From positions 1,747,518-1,811,517 of the forward strand of contig MU053810.1 of the NCBI GenBank assembly GCA_013239625.1: a stretch of DNA of 64,000 bases. The letters are read 5' to 3'. Within the stretch, counting starts at the first letter, position 1. Every line of letters starts with the position of its first letter. Below, one piece after another: positions 13,351-25,500 of the stretch. A program made the position numbers and the translations under genes. The stretch comes from Lama guanicoe. Its lineage: Eukaryota. The notes under the pieces were generated by a model that did not search any database, was not told where the DNA came from, and worked only from the letters and a program-made list of their open reading frames with translations.

Positions 13351-14889
13351 TCTCCTTTGGTTTATTACTGGTTTTCGATGTTATTTAAATTACTGGGTTA
13401 TAAAATAAAATGCTGAAAGGGCAGAATCCCATTATATTAATTTTTTAAGGTACTGTGAGGTACAAAAATGTATGAATTTTTCGAACCAAATTTTATTTTG
13501 CCATGCTTAGTCCTTCCCACCTAGCAGTTAATAAACTGCTGATCAATTAATAAGCAATTGTGAATTAATAAATGAATTGATTACTTAATTGAATCACATA
13601 TTTTCAGTAGAACCTAATTTCACACAATATAACTGGGAGATTACTTAATAATTCAGACAAACTGTAGTATTTCTGTCCTTTTCCCTGGGATTAATGTAAC
13701 AATTTAAGAGACTAATTACTTGAGATAAAATTGACTTATAAATTTAAGATTTGAGACTGTCTTGTTATAATATAAGGCAAAAGTTGTTATTTCCCACTGA
13801 CTATGAATACATCTGGAATAGAGTAAGTAAAGAAAAACTGCATTTAAAAAATTACCTGTTGTGTTTAATTACTTGTCAGATGGCTCCCAGAATATATTCT
13901 TTGTAGAAAACTGAGATACCACCATCTTGCAGAAGAGAATATCAGTATATTTTTCAAAATTTAAGCAAATTTGAAAAGGATTAAAAAAAAAAAGAAAGAA
14001 AGGACAACCATTTAACTCATCTGGAATTAACTGCAATCATCAGAATCTCTTTGGGTAACCAGAGATGTCCTTGACCAACTGGGGATCTCAAACTCAGGAT
14101 GCCAAATCGCACACTGATGTTTACTCCACACGTAGGCTTGTTCAACCCAGATGGTAGGTGTAAAATAACTGAGCTCTAAAGGATCATGTCCGGGCAGAAT
14201 GAGAGATGGGGTCTTTTTTTGTTGACAGGTGAGCTCTTTTCACATTCCACTTGAATTAAATTGTGCTCTCATTCATGCCATGGTACATAATCTCTGGCAA
14301 GGATTCTTAGGAAAGATCATCACGTGGACAAGCAAAGCAAGTGAAAAAAAGAGTTGCGAAGCAGCACGATAAAAAATAGAAGACAAAAGTTGAACAGCCT
14401 CCATTTATTTTGAAAAATGAATATCTATTTAGATTAATATTTATTAATACGGATTTATGTATATTATGCATAAATATACACTTATGTATTAAAATTCAGG
14501 GGCAATGCAAATCCTTAATATTCATGGACTGGCAAAATATATAACCTTTCTAATGTGAAAAAGAAATCATGTGTCAGATATATTCGGTGTGATCAAATAT
14601 GACACTGGCCCCAACTTTTAAATATTCACAATCAAGTTTGGTAAATGAGATACAAGGCCGTGACACTTTATATAAGGACAAAAGTTAAATAGTAACGTAA
14701 GTTATGATCACAGCAGTGATAAAGTGTTATCAGAATGAGCTCAGGGTAGTAATATCTGGGTCTTGAAAAGTGAATGGACTGGAGCTGGATCAGGACGGAG
14801 GGCAGAACATGATTCCAGTCAAGAGAAAGAGAGGGCCTGAGCAAAATCTCATCAGCCCAGGGCTGGCTGAATTTGACCTTGGAGACCTG

Positions 14890-15508
14890 ACCTGATCACC
14901 GTGCTGGTCCGGAGCCACAGGAACACACTCAACCTCACTGATTCACCACAAGGACTCACAGAACTCAGCAAAGCTGTTATGCTCGAGGTTGCCATTTATT
15001 ACAGCAAAAGTGTACTGATTAAAGTCAACAAAGGAGGAAGGAACGCAGGGCGGAGTCCAGGAGGGACCAGGCGTGGCTTCCAGTCATCCTGCCCCTGAGC
15101 TGCCTGCACTTAATTCTCTAGCAACTACTAGGCAAAACACACAGCAAGCACTGCCAGCCGAGGAAGCTCATCTAAGCCTTGGTGTTCAGGGTTTTCACTG
15201 AGGGCCAATCGTGTAGGTTTGAAACTCTCCACAACTGACATTAATCTCCAGGCCCCCGGGGTCAAACTGATAGCGCATGAGCCAGGGCTCCAGGCGAATA
15301 AAAACAGACATTCACCATAAATCGTATTGTTAGTGACAACTCTCTTGCATAACCCAAGACCCAGGACTGACAAAAACTCTCGTATCCCCAAGGGTATCCC
15401 AAGGGCTTAGGGCTGATCTCCCAAGAGCCAGCAAGGGCCGGTTCTTTCTTTGGAATGTGTGGGTTTGAACACCCCAAACACCCTGAGTTTTTAACCTCTT
15501 ACTGTACA
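14890..15508 (-). mobile_element. ERVL solo LTR, MER77/MER21 family
   Basis: 'aggactcacagaactcagcaaagctgttatgctc', 'ggaagctcatctaagccttggtgttcagggtttt', 'ttggaatgtgtgggtttgaac...actgtaca' are characteristic of this family; ends in CA. Confidence 0.75.
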
Positions 15509-15968
15509 GTAGAGAAAGAGTCTGTGTGACTACAGGTCTTAAATTTTAACACTTAAGTAAAACAAACAAGAAGATCTGAAATCTGGGAAAATACCTACAA
15601 AAAATGTGTATCCATTTGTTGTGATGATGAAAAATTATATGTATGAGGAAAATAAAAACCAACTGCAGAGAAGAGCTACAGGTCTTATCTTTGCCTGGGG
15701 ATCCAGGTGTTCTGCACAGTGTACAGAGCCTCGCTGGAGTAATTTGTTGCAGCTGTAACAGCATGATGACCTAGGGAGTGAGTGGTTACGCAGAACTCTG
15801 TACATGCTTCTCCGATGCTCCAGCTAACAGTTCTGTAGAAGAAAGTATGTTGTGCAAATTGGAGAATGAACTACTTACCAATCTTTTTCTTTTAATGTCT
15901 GCCTCCCCCTACCTACCCACTCCGCACCCCATACTTTCTTTTCTGATCTGCAACGTGGCCTTCTCTGA

Positions 15969-16082
<114 letters not shown>

Positions 16083-17999
16083 TAGTTGCTGCAACTTAAT
16101 GAAAATTGTATCTAATTTAATAAAAAGAGCCAGCAGTTACCGAGCCCTTAATATGTACCAGATGTTGGGTTTAACTCTACATAATTATCTTGATTTACTC
16201 TCTTACCCATCCTATGAGGTAAGAGCTGTTGCTGCTTCTATAGTACCAGGAAGGGAAGGGTGCTGGTGATGAAGGAAGATGTTGGGGAGGAAGGTGGAGT
16301 GAGAGCATCTGGAGTTGGTACGTGAATCGTAGAACCAGGATTTAAATCTCTGTGCACAAAGGGTCGTTCTTGTGAACATTTGCTGCTTTTTCTGAGATCT
16401 AGGAAGCCACTGTTCATCTTTGTCACTCAACTGAGAAAACCAGTGGTATGGGGGAAAAGATTGATTACAGCAAATTGACATGATAGAAAAGAGTAAATGT
16501 GGTCTACATGTGGTTTACATGGAAACAGTAAGTCCCAGGTAAACATGATAGAGACAGGGATGCAAAGAAGTGATTCGAGCAACTTAATAAAATTGCAGAA
16601 GGGATTTAACCTGTTTCAGAGTTTTTTAGTGAATTGCATTTGCACCAACATCTCAGGGTCACGTAAAAATATCCTCTAAAGTTCACAAAGAAAAGTATTT
16701 GTTTCTTCTCCCTTTGTTAAGTTTTAAGATACGAATTTTGAATAAAAACCACTAACAATTCTACAAGTTTTCTCATTCATTAAAGCAAACTATGTCAAAG
16801 AGCTATTTTAAAAACTAAGGCAATCATAGTTACCAGAGACTTTTTTTCCATTGGTTTTATGATGTCTCATAAATATCTTGAAAAATACATCTTTCAGAAT
16901 GCTCTTGAATTTTTTAAGTACAGGATTGCCAATACAACTTTAATCAACTTTTTGACACTTGCTTAGGGGGAACCTCAGTGATATTTACTAATCCATCTAT
17001 TTTATTTCACTTAACAACATAGTTCAAAAAGAAAATATATTGACGGAGTCATAGTTATGTTTTCAGGTTGATGTTTCTTTCCTGTAACCACAGTTACCTC
17101 AATTAAAAATTTTCAAATTGAATATCTGTATTTGTGTAAAGATCAAGAATGTAATTCACACATCTTAGTTTTCTTGCTTCAGTGTGGGCCCAGCATGAAA
17201 CACAGACTAAGGAAAAGAATCCATCATTTTCTAAGCCTTCCTAAATGTATTTGCAGGGAATTTACCATATCCTATGGCCTGTGCTGAGCACTAAAATGAT
17301 AAAAATTTTTTTTAAAAATCGCCTTCTATTCCCAAGGAGCTCAGAATCTAGTACATTCTGTAATATTCAATATTTCCTTTTTATTCTGTCAGTAAATTGT
17401 TAACCTTACTAGCTTTAGGTTGAGGTAACTTTATTTTGTGGATTGTGCATCAGCGCTTGCCCACTTGCCTTTTGTTCGTAGTATTACACATTTTTTTTCC
17501 TTATTGATTTGCCTCCTCGTTCAGCATCCCAATGTTATTTTCACTAAAATTTCTTCCTTCATTAAGACAGGTATCAATTTCCAAATACTAGGGTGCATAT
17601 TTGCAGATGGTCTCTGCCTTGTGTTGTGAAAGCCCTACGCTCTCGTTCGTTCTTAGCACATTGTCACATGTCCATTGATAGACATTGCAAAGTTCTGCGG
17701 CTTCACCTCTGTGCCTTCCAGGCCCTCGGCCTCTTTCTCCTCCAGTGTAGTGTGTTTCAAAATGAGAAACCAACTCTTGGGGCAGATCACCATCATCCGT
17801 CATGATATTGTACGTATCAAACCAAACAATTAGCCAATTCTTTTCTCTTTTAGAGCAAAATTGACTAAGGCAAGTAGTTACGCAGCAAAAATATTGTCAG
17901 CAAAATACATATGGGGAAGATATATACAGCAAAGAAGATTATGGTGGAAATTCCAGACACAGGATAAATGTACTGTTCAGTCAGACTGTCTCCATGCTC

Positions 18000-18550
18000 T
18001 TTATTTTCACCTTCTGAGCACTTTGGAGGTGGATTTGACTGTCTCATCACTTCTTTATCTTTTATCCTCTCTTTTATATCATCTGTCTTCTTCTTTCTCT
18101 CTGCTGCCTTCTGGGGAATTTCTTCAGATCCATTTGCCAGTTTATTAATTCTCCCTCCATCGTGTTTAATCTGCTATTTGACCTATCCATTGAGGTAGTA
18201 ATTTCAACAAATGTATTTTTCATTGCTAAAATGTAAGTCTAACTTTAATCTACTTTTATTAAATCTGCCGTGTCATTTTAATAGCTGCGTTACAAGTTCA
18301 TTTTTAAATATGACTTTTCATTTCTTTAAATATTTCATATGTAATTTTTATGTATTCCATGTTGGATGATCCCAGTACCCAAAAGTTTTTTGCAATCTAA
18401 TCATGTTGTTCATTGTTTTTGCTGACTCTTTCGTCAGAGTGCTCTTTTTCTATTTGTGTCACTCAGTTAAAAGTGCATATTTGTTTGATCTTACTCCATG
18501 GAAATCCTGAGGATGTACATGGGCAGTGCTCTCCACCGAAGGATTTTTGA
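18000..18550 (-). mobile_element. HAL1 / old L1 ORF1-like remnant, antisense
   Basis: 'ttctggggaatttcttcagatccatttgccagtttattaattctc...gtgtttaatctgctatttgacctatccattgag' is typical of antisense HAL1/L1M ORF1. Confidence 0.6.
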
Positions 18551-19306
18551 TGATGGGAACCTGAGGGTTTCAAGGGATACCATATGTTCCTGCCTCAAAA
18601 TGGGGAGGAGAGGTGTGGATTTATCTCCCCCATTGCCTGCTGGCACAAGGCTTAATCTCCTTACAGAATAATTAATTTTTGACATTTTACCCTCAGAGCA
18701 AACCCTTCTTCGTAACTTTACCCAATGGTCCCGCTTCTGCCCTCTTTGTAGCACACGGCATTTGCTCAGTGTCTCAGGAAGTCTGACTGTGAATGGGAGA
18801 GAAAGCAAGAGAATGTCAGGATGCATGTGGAGATGAGGGAAGACTGAGTTTTTAAAATAAGATTGGACGTGCTTGAGTATGGGTAAGTGCAGATGATAAC
18901 AAGGCAGGAGGGAATTAGAGATCAAATACTGAAGAGAGAGGGAGGGGTCAAATGAGCAGGTTCACGATACCCAAGCAGGTAGGCTGAGTTGGGCCAGAGT
19001 AGAGGTGCAGAGAATAGCTGTAAACGGTGGGCCCCATCCTTTCTAACAGAAGGAAGGAAGAAAGATGATAAGGAAAGTGGAGGCAAGGAGAAGATCATGA
19101 GATCATTGAAGCTGAGAAGACGCAGGAACTGAAGTTTGGGGAAGTGAACGGGCCACTAGGATGTTCAAGTAGAGAGTAAACTGCATCAGGCCTAATTACT
19201 GAAAAGGAAGCTGTCCCGGGAACTCTTCCTGAACCAGCAATAAGATACACTGGACCTCCCTAAAGACGAGAAGTTTAAGAAACACATTTATTTAATAATA
19301 ATTTTA

Positions 19307-19472
19307 TAGCACAGGGAAATATATACAAGATCTTGTGGTAGCTCACAGTGAAAAAAAAATGTGACAATGAATATACATATGTTCATGTACAACTGAAAAA
19401 CTGTGCTCTACACTGGAATTTGACACATTGTAAACTGACTATAACTCAATAAACAAAAATGTAAAAAAAGGA
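19307..19472 (+). mobile_element. 5'-truncated lineage-specific L1 3' end
   Basis: 'tagcacagggaaatatatacaagatcttgtggtagctcacagtgaaaaaa...ttgtaaactgactataactcaataaa' plus A-rich tail; perfect 13-bp TSD aataataatttta at 19294-19306 and 19473-19485. Confidence 0.85.
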
Positions 19473-20271
19473 AATAATAATTTTAAAATGTGAGATAAGT
19501 ACCTTCCAGGTACAGAATACTTATTTTCTACTCAAGGCCCCCCAGAGGGATGGAGGCTTTTGAAACACAAAGAGGTAGGGAGAAAAGCCAACTTCTAAAC
19601 CATCACAGTTTGCATGTTGGAGATTGTTCCTGGTGAAGGTCACATTATTTATTTTTCTGGGATATAAATGAAAAACACAGTATGTACCGTTCCCTGGTGT
19701 TCTCAGTACAGCGCTGCTAGCGAGAAGACAGACTAAGTGATTCCGTGAGTGCTGTTCAGCCCTTTGCTTGGGTGGTTTTGAATATTTTTTATAAAAGAAA
19801 ACAAAATTGTAATATCATTCAACCTGAAGGGTATTATTTTAGAAACAATAAGGTAGCATGGAGCAGTTGTCACCTTTTTAGGATTTAGCGTTGCCAGGTT
19901 GATGGGAAGGGAGTATGTTCTTTCTGCACACACTTAAGCGTATTTCAAATCTTGTTTTAAACGATGTTTTTCTTCTAGTGTGACCATTTCCTTTTTAACA
20001 TCATGTCTCTTATTCACGGATATAAAAGTTTGGTTAAGATAAACCAGTTGGATGAAAGGTTAGCGGCAGAAATGCTGAAATCCAAATGTCTAAAGGTGGA
20101 AATACTTTGCCACAGCCATTTTTTTCTCTCGTCTATTTTAAATACTTGTAAGTTAGTCAAATCTATCAATAGAGTCCAGTACAAAAATAATGTATTCCTC
20201 ATTTTGATGGGAGAAGCTTTTGTGCTTTACAGCCCAACTCCTTTGAAATAACTAAATACATATGCATATAA

Positions 20272-20562
<291 letters not shown>

Positions 20563-21902
20563 TAGATTTCTTAGGGATTTCTAAAAGGGAAAAGACAGAA
20601 AGAAGTATTATGGAAAAAAAGTGCTTTTTTTTTTAATGTGTGGATACCTTTTATTAACATTCAGTTTTTAATAGTGATCCTGGCTGCTAGTCCTCCCTAG
20701 AAGAGAAATAGACTTTCTTTCATGTTGCTGATCTTTGTAATAACTGTATTCAGCATTTTAGCCACAGGATAGAAAGGCAAAAATGCATATAAAATGGCTA
20801 TTGATTTGGGATTCTGAACAAAAGATAATTCTACTTATATGCAAGTCTAATGTTTGCCTGGATACAGTCAATAAATTATGTTGGTTTGTAACCTATAGAG
20901 GGGCATTGTGTGCGTCCCAGAAATTGTACTTGAAAAGCACTTCCTTTGCCAGGAAAGGCAAAAATACTACAGAACATTAATACATGAGCAGAACTCACTG
21001 GGAGAAGATGTATTAGCCCCAACTTGTGAGCCATTTATTCTCAGTGGTACCACTAGGGAGAAATGTGAGACCAGCCGACCAAGAGTAAGCTTCGAGGGGG
21101 AAGTTGGTCTTCCCTGTTTATTTTCATGAACGCTGCTTTCATTTGAATGAGAAATGAAACTGGAATCCTCTGCTTTTAATTGAAATTTAATTGGATATTA
21201 AAAATTAGCTGGAATAAAGTGATAAAGTGAGCTAAATCCATTTAATAAAGATGCTAAATACATTTTATTGCTTTTAAAAATGGTCTTGTTTTAATCCATA
21301 TTATTTGGAGTTGTTACATAGCCTGAGGAAATACTTCTCTAATTTGCAAATATTCTTGCAATTCGAATCCTGCCCTTTAGAATGAAATATAACCACTGAA
21401 ATAAAAAAAAAAAAAAGCACATTCTGCATTTTGTTCACCAAGAGCTTTTTGTGTATGATTATACTCCTATTTGTTAGCAACAAATAAGCATTTAACTTTT
21501 GAAGTTAAAACTGTAATATTGACAAATCTTTACTACTCCAATTAACTCAGAATTTTCTTGATCTTGATTTTTTAAGTGAATAAGGACTATAGAGTCTAAT
21601 TACAATTCCACTTTAGAAAATTAAAAATAAATGTGTTTTAAGTTAAAATTATAATGTACTTTTCTCACGGTTATATAATCATGTAATACTTCACTAAAGT
21701 CTTGATCTTGCGTAGCTCAGCAAGAACTTTTAATACTACATCATATAAGCTGGGATCTGCTCTCACTGGACTACAAATTAACCCAGTGAAGTATCAAAAT
21801 CTATTCGTGTTATACTTAAGGCATTAGTAGACAATTACTGGTCATGAGATTCATGTATCTTAAAATTTTTTCTGTTACAATTCCTTTGTATTTCTCTTCC
21901 AG

Positions 21903-21941
21903 ATGATACCAAGATAGCTCTACATCTAAAAGATAATGGAG
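21903..21941 (+). CDS. PLXDC2: PLXDC2 coding exon (exon 12), 39-nt microexon: DDTKIALHLKDNG
   Basis: Acceptor tttctcttccag|, donor GAG|gtaaga, phase 1 to 1; peptide matches PLXDC2. Confidence 0.96.
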
Positions 21942-21996
21942 GTAAGAATTGACACTTTCCTTTTATAAATATTTTTAGATTCCAATCTATTTCATT

Positions 21997-22299
21997 TATT
22001 TTTTATTGAAGTATAGTTGATTTATAATGTTGGGTTATTTTCTGGTGTACAGGATTGTGATTCAGTTATATATATTTCTTTTTCATATTCTTTTTCATTA
22101 CAGGTTATTACAAGATATTGAATGTAGTTCCCTGTGCTATACAGTAGGACCTTGTTATTTATCTATTTTATATATAGTAGTTTGTATCTGCTAATCCCAA
22201 ACTTCTAATTTATACCTCCTCCTCTTTCTCCTTTTGTAACCATAAATCTGCTTTCTATGACTGTGAGTCTGTTTCTGTTTTGTAAATAAGGTATTTTGT
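21997..22299 (-). mobile_element. 5'-truncated artiodactyl-type L1 3' end, antisense
   Basis: 'ttttattgaagtatagttgatttataatgttg...tagttccctgtgctatacagtaggaccttgtt...gtgagtctgtttctgttttgtaaataag'; TSD atctatttcatt at 21985-21996 and 22300-22311. Confidence 0.85.
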
Positions 22300-23239
22300 A
22301 TCTATTTCATTCATTTAAATATGAGTTAAAGAACTTGTGGACTTCTCAATACAGAGTGAAGTTACATTTCTCTTCCTGTTGGTATTTAACACAGGAAGAA
22401 TTCACTGGTTGGCTTGAAATGCAAAATTGTTTCAATAGTATAGTAAAAGTCTAATCTTTGCACTTGCTTGTAAAACTGCAGGACACCAATGACCAATTAT
22501 AAAGTGAAAATTTATCCACACATCGTGCGGATAAATTTAAAAATCTCTATAACGGTACTTGAAAATTTGAGGAAGAAAGGTTTTATGAAAATAAGGCTGT
22601 GAAAGAGAGTGACTCAATATTTTAAAATAGTTCTTTTCCTATAAATCATGTTAGCTCATACATCTGTCATAGAATGCTGGCTCTTGATAAAAAAAGTTTT
22701 GTTGTTAGTAACTGTTTACTCAGCTCAGGAAGGGGGTTTTCCTCTTCTTAGCAGCATCTCTTATGTAAATGTGGGTACACTGTGACATTGATCTAGACAC
22801 AATTTTACTTTTGCAGCCCCAGATGACTTCCTAAGTCAGAATCCAGCACATACATTGTTAGGGATGTTTTTCCCTAGAATTGTAGAGAATAGTTCCTGAA
22901 CTACTCAGTCTAAGTTAAGCAACAAATACTTCTATGTTTTCTTAGGTTACTATATATATATCTAGATTTAGATTTATAGCAGTCTGTTTAAAAGTGAAGC
23001 TGCTTACCTCTTTTATTACAGCAGTTATCCCTTGCCTTGCTCCTGCATCTTAGTGTTTTATTTCATTCATTTTCTGACTCATTATTGTATTAATGCCATC
23101 AGTGGAGAGCTTCACAGATAACCATTTACAACATATATACTAGCTAGAAATAAAATCTTACTTCTTGAAGGGGCTTTAGCATTCCCCCAGTTCAGAATTT
23201 CTCAGAGCAAGTAAGTTTCATGTGAACAGAAGTCCTAAC

Positions 23240-23400
23240 GCTGTGGTGACCTCATCTTGAGGGAGGGTGTGTGCTATGAGATGGATGAAATGGAGGAGGG
23301 GCCCCCGAGAGGCTTCAGTTGAATTTGTTACATTTGATGTTTAATATGGGGTAGTGGTTACGTATGTGTTTGTTATATTATTCTCTATGTCATCTTCTTT
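23240..23400 (+). mobile_element. Old L1 (L1ME/L1MC) 3' UTR fragment
   Basis: 'gtggtgacctc...gagaggcttcagttg...ggtagtggttacgtatgtgtttgttatattattct'. Confidence 0.55.
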
Positions 23401-23559
23401 TTCCTTAATATGACTAAAATAATCTGTAATGCTAGAATTATAGAAAAACAAAAGATTCCTGTGATCAGAAAAAACAAAAGAGTCCTATGATTAAATAGGT
23501 ATGAGATACTCTGGATGAAAGAAATTCCTTTGCTGGAGAACTGTTTAGAATGTTTAACG

Positions 23560-23690
23560 TTCGTTTGTTCATTCATTCACGTATTCCTGCGGAATGCCTG
23601 CTAATTGCAAGGCATTGTTTAGTGCCTGCAGCCATGGTAGTCAATAAGGCTTAGACAAATTCTCTGCTTTCAGAGAGCATATATTCCAAA
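23560..23690 (-). mobile_element. L2 3' end
   Basis: 'ttcattcattcac...gcaaggcattgtttagtgc...ctctgctttcagagagcatatattc'. Confidence 0.7.
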
Positions 23691-25244
23691 AGAATGTTCA
23701 GGATGGTAACAACAGTTTAGTATCTGGCATTTCTCCACTATTTGGCCATAAAAACTTTTTACAAATAGTGTCTCATGTTCTTAACGTTTTGCGGAACACA
23801 CTTTGGGAAATACTTTTCTAGAATATTACCAGTTATCCCAAGGGAAATCCTTAGTTGTGTTTAGTGCAGCAAGGAATCATAAAACTTTGAAGATTTTCTT
23901 AATGCACTGCATTAAAACTATCTTATGATGCTGAGAAATCAAGTTAAGTAAATCCCCAGATTGAAATGGAGGACTTGCCTTCTTGTCTGGTATACTAGAG
24001 AAGTTGACTGTTGGATTTTCAGATAATTACTGACATGCGGCAGATAGGCATCAGAATTCCAAAATGTCGCAATGAGACTTAAATATGCCTATACACTGGA
24101 ACACTTTTCATGGCTAAGTTTGTTTGTAAAGCACTTCTAAAAGTACAATTAGAGCAGACCAACCTGACCAGGGTTAAGATAAATGTTCCTTCAAAAGAGT
24201 ACTTAAGGGAAATCACACATTACTTTTTATAGCAACTTTACTTAGATAGCATGCTATCATTGCTTTTTATTTTATGGCATATAGAGATGCAGGAAGGATT
24301 GCCAATTTAAATCCAATTTCATTAGTTAATTAAATGTGTTGAAAACAGAATTCAAAATCATTCTCCCCTCCCCCTCTAGCTTAACATTTTTGCAAGATTG
24401 AGGTAATAATGAAAAAGGATGCCTAATTTAAATGTTTCCTTACATCTAATGAGAATTTTTTTTTAATGCAAGCTAATACACCTTTACAAATTGCAATGTA
24501 TTGCTGCAGATAAATTCAGCACATTTTCTTTCTTGATTTAATTGGCTGTTCTTAAAAGCACTTTAATTTAGAGGTCTGTACTTTTCTAGAAAAGAGGGTG
24601 ACATTTTTCAAAGTAGTGTGTAGCTGGAAACCAGTGACTCTGCCTTTACATACAGCATCTTCTTTAGATATTGGACTACCTCGGCTCTGAGTCTTCCTGG
24701 GACACTTCTGTGGGTTAAAGTAGTTGATTTTCTTAGTCAAACCCACAGCTGACATGATTATACATTCACTTTCCAGGAGATTTTCCTTCATCTTTGATAT
24801 AAAACATAAAATAGTTCTGAGCAGCTGGACACCACAGGCACCCCGGCAGGGCTTCTCATTCACAGGAGCCAAACTGAGTCCCAGCCTGTGAAATGGCTTC
24901 TGAGAAACCTTCAGTTATGCATTGCATTTCCTGCTACATTTAGATTAGGCCTGGGTAGAGCCTCTGAAAATTTCAGGCTAGTTGTTTGATTGGAGTTTTA
25001 TTAGCCTCAGGTTGAGTGGAAACTCTAAGCTTTGTAAATAATTTGGAGAAAAGAAATGGAAAAAAAAAAAAAGCATTGATTGACCATTGAACAGTGGCTG
25101 AATACAAAAACTCAGAAGAGCCAATAAAAAGATAGCATTTTATTTCCAACTGAATATTCCTAGTCACATGTTTATCATATTCAGTTTTGAGTTATATGTC
25201 AGTCTAATTAAGTAGCATATTGGTTCCTTATTTATGTGAAAGAC

Positions 25245-25500
25245 AGAAGAAGGGGAGGAGGAGGTGGAGGAGGGGAGAGAGGAAAAGAAAAAAGAAGAAG
25301 AGGAAAAGAAATATGTATTGTTCCCTACGTTCCAAGCACCATTCTAAATGCTGTGCATATATTAACTCATTTAATTCACACTACATCCCTGTGAGTTGGT
25401 CCTATTATTATTTCCATTTTATAGCTGAGGAAACGTAGGTACAAAAAAGTAAAGTTACCTGGCTAGTATGTGGCAGAGCTGGGATGTGCATCCAAGTAGC
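25245..25500 (-). mobile_element. MIR SINE preceded by a polypurine low-complexity tract (25245-25311)
   Basis: GA-rich run, then 'aactcatttaattcacac...ccattttatagctgaggaaac...gctagtatgtggcagagctgggat'. Confidence 0.8.

Noticed and set aside
22512..22520. TTATCCACA, a perfect bacterial DnaA box inside the palindrome
   Set aside because: The context is a mammalian intron; a single 9-mer is expected by chance and there is no sign of bacterial sequence.
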